20,000 nt of DNA from Mesotaenium endlicherianum. Taxonomy: Eukaryota. The position numbers and the translations under genes are program-made. The first letter of the stretch is position 1. The number at the start of each line of letters is the position of its first letter. The DNA is taken from assembly GCA_009602735.1 (NCBI GenBank), contig WELA01001870.1:156295-176294 (forward strand), written 5' to 3'. The notes under the pieces are model-generated. The model did no database searches. It was not told where the DNA came from and saw only the letters and a list, made by a program, of their open reading frames with translations. Below, one piece after another: positions 9,721 to 20,000 of the stretch.

Positions 9721-12366
9721 GATGTTCTGGGTTGTTCAAGCAACTAGAATTCAACGCTATATGTCAAATGGGTCGTGCCCTGGTCGTACTCAATCCAGCA
9801 CACTCGTGCCAATAGGTGCCAAGGCGCCATGCCCGCCCAAGACATTTCCACAAGATTGCAACTTTAGTTATTTGCCCCCTTTCGAAGCGCATAATGTCTA
9901 TTTTAAAATACTCATCTGCCGCTTGGTCTTCTTAGTACTGTGAATTTGAGCAAGCCCTCAACTTGAGGTTGAAAAGGAGGGAAATTTCACAAAGTGAAAT
10001 ATTCACCTCTACGTCTGAAAGGACAACTCTCGCAAGAGTTGTGACCGTCCATACCAGATTCATACTAAAGTAAGGCAAGAGTAACATCATGCAAGCGCCC
10101 TATCACAGTGCATAGTTGACCCACCCACCCCCCAAGTGAGAGGGTGGACGTACCCAAGATTCAATAGTCTCTGGGCAATGAATGTGAGTAGACAAAAGAG
10201 TAGAAGTATCTTAATATAATATATATGGTAAGATGACATAAGTAGTATACATCCCCATTCCATTACATTACAATAGGACATTATAGAGTTAGAAGAAGCC
10301 CCGCGCCCGCGCGAGAACACAGCTTGCACTTGTACCACTACGTCTATATTGACTACCATATTCTCTTCTATACCTATCCATGCTTCTGTCTTCATGTATG
10401 ATGATAGTTAATCTACTGCATACCAATTTCTCATTTCCCTCACTTGGTGAAATACTTCATATGTTTAACTTGCCATTTACAACAAGGCGGCATAACTTGC
10501 CTTGAATGGTTGTCCTCAGCTAATGAATGAGTGACTACAATTTTCATCCATGCCGCGGCGCGCCACACCTCTTCAATGAGGAATATGAAGATTCTTGCAT
10601 CATATTATTTGGCTTACACTTTCAATGCGTACAAAAGATTTACGTCCAATAAGGTACTGTCAATCCCTTGTCTTTTTTCCAACACAGAGTTGAGAAACAC
10701 CAAGCAAGTATTTTAGCACCGAGAATGCTAAGAACTCACTGTATGTTGGACAACGGAGAACATATCTTAAGTGTCAAATTACATGGAGCAGCCTTATCAC
10801 TATGCGCCAAGTCGAATTCATTTTTAATCCTCAGGGTCATATCTCACAAAAAGATCCAAGCATGGACCACCATCTATATAAGTAAAAACAATGTATGAAG
10901 TACATTATGTGAATAGCATGGAACATGCTAAATGCAAATATGGGTTTCGGGTAGTATGTTGCCAAATTCTTAAGTGGCGTCATGATGTTGAGCAATTCAA
11001 GTTGTTGTCTCAAATAATATTGAGATGGTGCATGATCGCAAAGTAGATTGTTTTGTGTCTCTTGCACATCACCTTACAAGATTTGGCTCATATGTGTAGC
11101 TTACTACACTCGCAAGCTAATGAGTAGTTTGGTGGACCCAGGTCTTAAGCAACGTGAAGAGAAGATGATGTAGTCGATTGGAAGGTACTTGAGGGTGGTG
11201 CTTTGACTCCAGATTTGTCTTTAGAGAACTATAAGTTTCATGTATGGCAAATCTCGAGTGACTCTATGTAGTGCGAACTACGTCGTGGAGTTGTGGAACT
11301 TGGTATACGAAGTTGTTATGCTTGCTCGTGACTTGATCCAGTCTGGACTTGGAGCTTTGATTATTGTATGTATTAAACAAGGAACTTATAATGAAACTGA
11401 CGTTGCACAAACGACTACTGACACGCCAACATGCTTGCGAAGGAGATTACCTAGTGTGCGAGAGAGAACAAGCAGTATACCTCTTCATGCCCTGGTTGGG
11501 TTTGGTTGGGTTCAGTTCAGTGAGAAACTTGAAGAATATTGAGGCACGAGAAAGAGAAATTCACTTTCAAATTACAAAGAAAAGATAAAGAAACAAAAAT
11601 GCTATCTTAAGAATCTCTAACAGCTAAGTATATAATACCACCAGCCTGTGTTGAGCTCATTACACATGAGGTGCGCAGCACACATGCGTCTGCATGCATG
11701 TTGCGATGCCAAGGAGCTGCACCTCAAGCTACCTCATGCTGGTATGAGCTATGCATGTGGAAGCACACATGCCAATAAAGTAGAGAAAGTATACCATTAT
11801 AACAGGAATAGGGCCACAGCAGCCACCTGCCAGCAGCGATCGTGATTTGTGCAACTGCTTGCTAATTCTGATTTATTGCCAGGCAGGCTGGCTGCTGTGG
11901 CTCTTGAGTGTGTGGGGGCGTCGGGTGCCACCCCCTTGCGGACACGAGTGTCTTTGACCGGGTCTTCACTAATCGAGCTCACTGGCCGAGCCAACCCAGA
12001 CCTAGGCCAATGTATTATATATGAACTTCTAGACAGTTTATCGGTGAAGCCTAGTAAGGCTTATACACGAGTATAAATAGTAGACTTTTATCGGCCACCA
12101 AAGACATCAAACGTTCTGAAAGTGGTCCACTTATCGCCTCAGCTCTGGAAGGCCAACCAATCAGGCGCAGGCAGGCGTGCAGGCACACAAAATCCTCCGT
12201 GTTTTCACAGGAAAGAGCCCCACAGCTGCTGCGCACCACGCAGCTAAGTGTGTAATGCGGGCGCCTGCGCAGTGCTGTGCTGCCGGCCAGCCACATGCAC
12301 TGGGAATCTCTTAGGGCTTGGAGAGGGCCAGCTTGGCGAGCGAGGTGTAGTCGTATTGCTCTGCAT

Positions 12367-15010
<2,644 letters not shown>

Positions 15011-15375
15011 TTATTGTACAGGAAGGCTTTTACATGATGCCCTTACAAGCAATCAAATAGGTACAGTAACTGTCCCCAAAAATGGCAGCATTTATCCCGC
15101 ACAATAGAATGGCAGAGTATTGCCACCGCCCACCATTTGTGCCCCTTCCTGGCCGTTGTGTTTTGAAGAGAAAAGGCCTCCCTGCCCCAGGCTCGTTCGC
15201 CATAGCCCAGTTTGAGATTACACTTTTTGTGTGGGAAACTATACAGGGCAAAAACAGAGAGGGTTACCTGTAAGAGGTAGTGGCAAAATGGTGCAACCAG
15301 GTTCCACACATGCGCGTTCTCATGTAAGTCCAACTCAAAAGCATAGTTGTCAACAATTAGTCTCGCATCATCATG

Positions 15376-16283
15376 TCAGAGTGAATCGAGGCCACTGCAT
15401 GTGAGCAGCCTGTATGAACGACTCCTATAGGGGCATTCCAGGCAGGTAGCCGTGGCCTACGTAGCACGACTCAGTACCTGAGAGTGCCCTTGGAGTAGAT
15501 CTTCACCTTCCTGCTGCTCTTCAGAATTCCGCACACGGCACCACTGGCGCCCTCTCTGCCAGGGCCGCCACCTGGCCCGCCTGGACGTCCACCGACCCTC
15601 TGTTCACCCGTGGGCATCGAGGGTGGCACATTGCTTGCAGTCAACAACGCTCTACCAGCGCCCCGAGTGAGACTGGGTGGTGGGCTTCCTGCTCTTCCTC
15701 CTGGGCCCCACAGGCCGTGCCTACCTGCGTCCCCACTCGGCATGGGGGGCGCATTTTCTCCTCTTCCTCCTCCTGGGGTGGGGGGCCGTGACCCCTGATC
15801 GGGCCTGCCAGCGCCTCCTCCGGCGGGAAAGGGAGGCGCATTCCCTCCTCTTCCTCCTTCTGGAGTAGTGGGCCTCGGCCCTTGATCGGGCCTGCCAGCG
15901 TCCCCAGCGAGAAAGGGGGGCGCATTTCCTCCCCAGCCTCCCGAGGCCAGGGGCCTTGAACCGGCTTTGACGTCAGGCTTTGGGCCAGGTGGAACCGGTG
16001 GCCCTGAGCCCGGTCCCGTCCTGACACCTGCAAATTCACGGAGATCGTCCGTCAGTACGTCCTGGATTTTAGAATGTCAGACGATTTCAGGAAGTCTCAC
16101 ATGCACACGAACGCGCGCTCTAATAACTTTCAGAAATTTAATTTGGAGCGAAAAAAAAACATGTAGAATAGGGCATGCCGAACTCCGAAGACTAGCAGGA
16201 GTTACCCCAGTACCTTGCACAACTTCTCCAGCAGCAAACGCATGTAGAATCAGCGCGACGATAAGCAAGCTCCTGTGAACCAT
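15376..16283 (-). CDS. Putative secreted Gly/Pro-rich repeat protein (~217 aa). Exons 16283-16214, 16027-15478, 15409-15376
   Basis: Exon 1 MVHRSLLIVALILHAFAAGEVVQ(G) looks like a signal peptide. Donor G|GTACTG (phase 1) matches acceptor TTTGCAG|GT at 16027. Exon 2 is a GC-rich 550-nt open frame with codon-multiple repeats. Donor AG|GTACTG and acceptor ACAG|G give C-terminal RLLTCSGLDSL*. Without the last intron the frame stops at TGA 15473-15471 (208 aa). No homologue recognised. Confidence 0.6.
15660..15963 (-). repeat. Coding tandem repeat, ~81-87 nt units (3 clear plus 1 degenerate)
   Basis: The identical 18-mer tgatcgggcctgccagcg occurs at 15796-15813 and 15883-15900 (87-nt spacing). 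Peptide consensus G(S/P)RP..P.GGRGGNAPP.P.GDAGR. Confidence 0.85.
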
Positions 16284-17753
16284 TTTGGATGTGTCGGGTC
16301 CTTATTTGTATCGAACAGGTAAATTTTCAAGCAGCCTCAATACGGCGCACGAACGGGGGTTCTGTCGTATTGACAAACGAACGGGGGTGCTTAGTGCTAT
16401 CACTGCTATGATGGAGCTTGCAACTTGACGAGGGACTGAAGCCCACCTGAGCTGAACTGATAGCTTTGAACTGCTTTGAACTGTGAATTACTCCGGCTTT
16501 ATGCCGCACGCGGCCTATATGTTCATGAGAGAAATCCCGAATCCCACCAATTCTAATGGCACAAAAGACGACGACTGGCGGTCCGCGGATGAGAGTTGAA
16601 TCTGGATCTGAGTCAGGAGTCAGGACTCGGAGCCTGGAACAGCGCCTGAGACCGCATTCTGACGAATCGTGGAATGTTTTCTCAGCATCGAAGGTAGGAA
16701 TAACAAACACAGTGTGGTGAATCGTGAATAGCCAGCCACGCCGCACGGGCTCACCGCAGGGGTATGTGGGAGAGGGTCGGAGAGACTACTCGAGGCTCAA
16801 GTAACAACTGGTCACTGGTCAGTGCATGGTACTGCGGCTGTACTGCGTTCACCGATCGGCGGTGACCACATAAGAACCGAGACTCGAGAGTCCCAAGGAC
16901 TCCCGACTGAGGAACTCTCTTGCATGAAATGCACACAAACACTTAGTGGTAACTGGCCAGAGTGTATATCAGAAACAAGGACAGAATAAGGAAGGTTGAT
17001 GCTAAGGCATTGCATCAAAAGGGGGACATGCAAATCAGAAACATATGAAGCAGCAGGACTATCAAAGCAGCGGCATAATCATTAATGGCCCCTATGTCAA
17101 GACTTGTGCAACAATAACTATGGTACTACTATGTAGCATATGCTCCTTAGAAGCTCGATGGAGTCAATCTATGGCACATATTCTGCGTCATGTAAAAGGT
17201 CGAAATGAAATGAGCAGGCCAACTTTATACTGTCATTTTGGACTTTTCGTAATACGCTACGAAGAAGAGTACTAAAGCAAATATGACTCGCCATTGGTCA
17301 ATCTAGACGCCTTGAAAGTCAGCTCTCGAGGCAGCCTCAGAATGGGATCGACGACGCCGAAAGATTTGTCTTTGCTACATGACCACTTCACAGGTGGTCG
17401 CAATAGATCAATAACTCAAATATAGAAACATCAGAGGATAAAGAGCCGCGGCAAGAGTCTCTTTTACTTAGCCAAAGAAGCAACAACTTTTGCTGCAATC
17501 GACGACGTAGACACTGTTGGCTTTTACTCGCTGCCTAGTTCAGCCCACCATCTGCCTCAACATTCTACCCCATAGAAAGGCCACATGAAGCACATGGTAG
17601 CCTGGACTACATAAATTATGTCGAACAAAGCTACGTCGCTCCCATAACAATTAGTTGAGAGTAATTGTGCATAGTCCTTGAAAAGAATCAATAGTAAATA
17701 CTAGAACAACGAAGGGATGCAAGCTACAAGCAGAGCAGCAACAGAGTAGCCTA

Positions 17754-19190
17754 CTACTTCAGGACAGGCTCTGCTGCCAGCACTGACCTCACTGCGTACT
17801 CGCCACCCCTCCAAGTCAAGCTGCCAAAGCTCCACTTGGAAGTTGCCCTCGTCACAGTGAACACCACCTTGAAGGTGACCTGCTGCCCAGGGCTTATCGC
17901 AAATTTGGAAGGCACCACCTTGACGCTGACACCGGCCGGCGCAACCACGACAGCCACGTACGTCGACCTCCTGGGGCCCACACTCTTCACCACCCTCTTG
18001 AAAGTGAGGGTGCCCTTGAGCCCGGGGGCTGCGATGTTGGGGACATTCAGGTCGTAGGGCTGAATCGCTTTCAGGCCAGCAGTGCGGTTGAGGCTCTGGT
18101 AAGTCTGGCCCTCGTCGACTCCCAGGAGGAACGCGACCATCTGCGAGCGCGAGGAGTCGTACACGAGGCCGGGGTCCAAGACGCCGGCAGTGTTGATGTG
18201 GCCAGAGCCGACTCCAAAGGGCGTCGCCAATCCGCTGCCGTCGCGGATGGGGAGCTTCTTGTTGTCGCGCGTGGAGGCGGTGGTGGAGATGGCGGACTTG
18301 ATGGCGAAGGCGCTCCAGGTGGGGTGCTTCTGCTTGATGAGAGCGGCCACGCCCGCCAAGTGGGGGGCGGCCATGGATGTGCCAGAACCCAAGATCGACG
18401 TGAGAGGATAGCCGACCGCTGTTTGAATGGGCGTCCAAGCTGCCCAGATGTCGACGCCCGGGCCCGCCACATCGGGCTTGAGCACGTAGTTCAGCACGTC
18501 GCCCGACGTGCTCGAGAGAGGCCCGCGGGCGGAGAAACTGGCGACAGCTGGCGCGCGGAGCCCCAGGGGCGCAGTGTAACCAATAATGCTCGCCCGCGGA
18601 CTACACACACACGCACACACACGCACGCACGCACGCACGCACGCACACTTAATTGTGATGGATCTGCTCAGCGCCCACTTGCGCAGAGTGTAGAGGGAGG
18701 CAGGAGTGCGCTGCATGCCACTGGCAGCTGGACAGCTGGACAGCTTGACAGCTGGAGAGCCGACAAGCACAACACCACAAGCCGCACCTGCCGATCCTCT
18801 CCCCCTCTACGGCACTACTTAGCTGCCGAACCAGCTGCCAGGTGGCAAGAGCCAGATTCTCTGATCGAAGGCGCAGCTGAATGCACCCCATGGGGATACG
18901 ACACGGAGGGAGCAGGCCAAGGGAGCGCACCTCTTGGCAGTCCTCGCGTACTTGATGATGGCCTGCCCGTCGAGGTACGTGACGTGCGCGGCGGGAAGGT
19001 TGTGAACGTCAGCCTCGATCTCTGCCCCCCTTGCCGCGTCGTTTGCCAGCACCATGCCGAGGCCGCCGGCGTCGCGGACAGCTTCGCCTTTGGCCACCCG
19101 GGCGGCCTCGCCGCGCAAGCAGATGACGATCTTGCCCTTCACGCGCGAGGGGCTGAGCGAGTTGAAGAAGCACAGCTCCACCTCAGTCGC
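17754..19190 (-). CDS. SBT: Plant-type subtilisin-like serine protease (S8A), C-terminal half: PA domain, catalytic-Ser segment, Fn3-like domain. Exons 19190-18931, 18600-17754
   Basis: PA motifs VKGKIVICLRG, RVAKGEAVRDAGGLGMVLAN, ADVHNLPAAHV. S8 motifs APAVASFSARGP, LKPDVAGPGVDIWAAW, SGTSMAAPHLAGVAALIKQKHPTWS (Ser codon 18377-18375), TPFGVGSGHIN, DPGLVYD. Fn3 motifs DLNVPNI and FGSLTW. Phase-2 GT-AG intron at 18930-18601; TAG at 17756-17754. Confidence 0.95.
18603..18648. repeat. (CA)n/(CACG)n microsatellite next to the subtilase intron acceptor
   Basis: Seen directly. Confidence 0.85.
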
Positions 19191-19266
19191 CTGCACTTTT
19201 CAGAAACAGCAAGGCAAGCGCAAGGAGGGGGGAGGAGGGGGGAGGAGGGGGGAGGAGTGCGCTTGC

Positions 19267-19614
19267 CTGCGGAGTGACGGTGTACTCGGGCACCCCCAAG
19301 CGCCGCCGCTGCTCCAGGATCTCGTCGTGGATGCACGAGTGCGAACGGGGTGTACTCCCCCCCGACGACCTGCCGCTGCCGCCGCCGCCACTGCTGCTGC
19401 CGTGGTGGCTGCCGCCCTCATGCCACCTGTGCGTGCTGCTGCCGCTGCTGTGCCTGTGACTGTGGCTATGGCTATGGCTGTGGGTGTGCGTGTGCTCTTG
19501 GCGTGTGGGAGTAGGGAGGGGCTGCAGCCGGGCGCCCTGCCCCTGCCCTTGCTCCTTCCCGCCAGATGCGGCGGCTGCGGCAGGGAACAGTTGTAGCAGG
19601 CCCAGCAGCGCCAC
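19267..19614 (-). CDS. Exon encoding the end of a signal peptide plus the propeptide of a leishmanolysin-like (peptidase M8/invadolysin) metalloprotease
   Basis: Acceptor TGACAG|GTG at 19615/19614; 116 codons VALLGLLQLFPAAAAA...SHSCIHDEILEQRRRLGVPEYTVTPQ; donor CAG|GCAAGC. The motif matches the recalled plant leishmanolysin N-terminus SHSCIHDQI.EQR.RPG.KVYSVTPQ, and HxCxHD is the M8 cysteine-switch motif (19341-19324). Confidence 0.8.
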
Positions 19615-20000
19615 CTGTCACATGGAAGCAGAGGACACATGGCGCCACACGTGCCGTTCCGCGGGGTGAGTGGCGCTTGCACAAGCGGGAAAGCGCGCAG
19701 GGAGGCTTGACGCGCGGGCGGGCGAGCAGGGGCATGCACGTGTGCATGCATGTGTGCGCGTGCGCGTGCATGCGAGCACGATTGCTTGCGTGGTGCGGGT
19801 GCGGGTGCCTGCACGTATCGCATGCACGCGTGTGCACAAGGGCTGGGGGCTGGGAGGAGCGAGCAGAGAGTGAGGCCTCTGTCTGAGACAGACTCTGTTC
19901 TGTCTGAGATGCTGGCCAATAGGCGTGCCCCCCCAGCACCTCACTCCAACCCCCAAGCTTTTCCTTGAGCAAACGATGCACTCCCTCCCCTCCCCCCCCC

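Noticed and set aside
10690..10900. Possible hAT transposase dimerisation-domain remnant on the minus strand (WW...SE..AFS.LKY)
   Set aside because: Only a few residues match, with several stops between them; not distinguishable from chance.
15641..16039. Alternative frame of the repeat exon (EEEEEMRPPF repeats)
   Set aside because: Not phase-compatible with the preferred signal-peptide donor at 16214 and it stops midway through the GC-rich block. A phase-0 donor near 16205 exists but no matching acceptor was found, so it is disfavoured.
18198..19596. Plus-strand ORFs of 359 aa and 180 aa
   Set aside because: Antisense shadows of the subtilase and M8 exons.

Overview
GC-rich eukaryotic genomic DNA with spliceosomal introns, plant-like genes and intronic (CA/GT)n tracts; most consistent with a streptophyte green alga (inference) from a draft assembly (465-nt N gap at 7514-7978; 2.6-kb poly-C at 12368-14999 that is almost certainly an artefact). 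Three minus-strand gene models were built by hand with phase-consistent splice sites. (1) 8878 to <1: a >1660-aa protein with an MGxxxCC lipidation-type N-terminus, a degenerate trypsin-like domain resembling an uncharacterised land-plant family, and a very long disordered tail. (2) 16283-15376: a ~217-aa secreted Gly/Pro-rich protein with 3-4 internal ~28-aa repeats and an RALL motif. (3) >19614-17754: the C-terminal half of a plant-type subtilase (PA domain, SGTSMA catalytic Ser, Fn3-like domain), whose next upstream in-phase exon is not subtilase but the signal-peptide/propeptide region of a plant leishmanolysin-like M8 metalloprotease (HSCIHD..RR....Y.VTPQ), joined across a 76-nt GC-AG intron. 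This apparent M8-prodomain/S8 chimera is the main finding; a misassembly is not excluded. All family assignments come from motif recall, not database searches.
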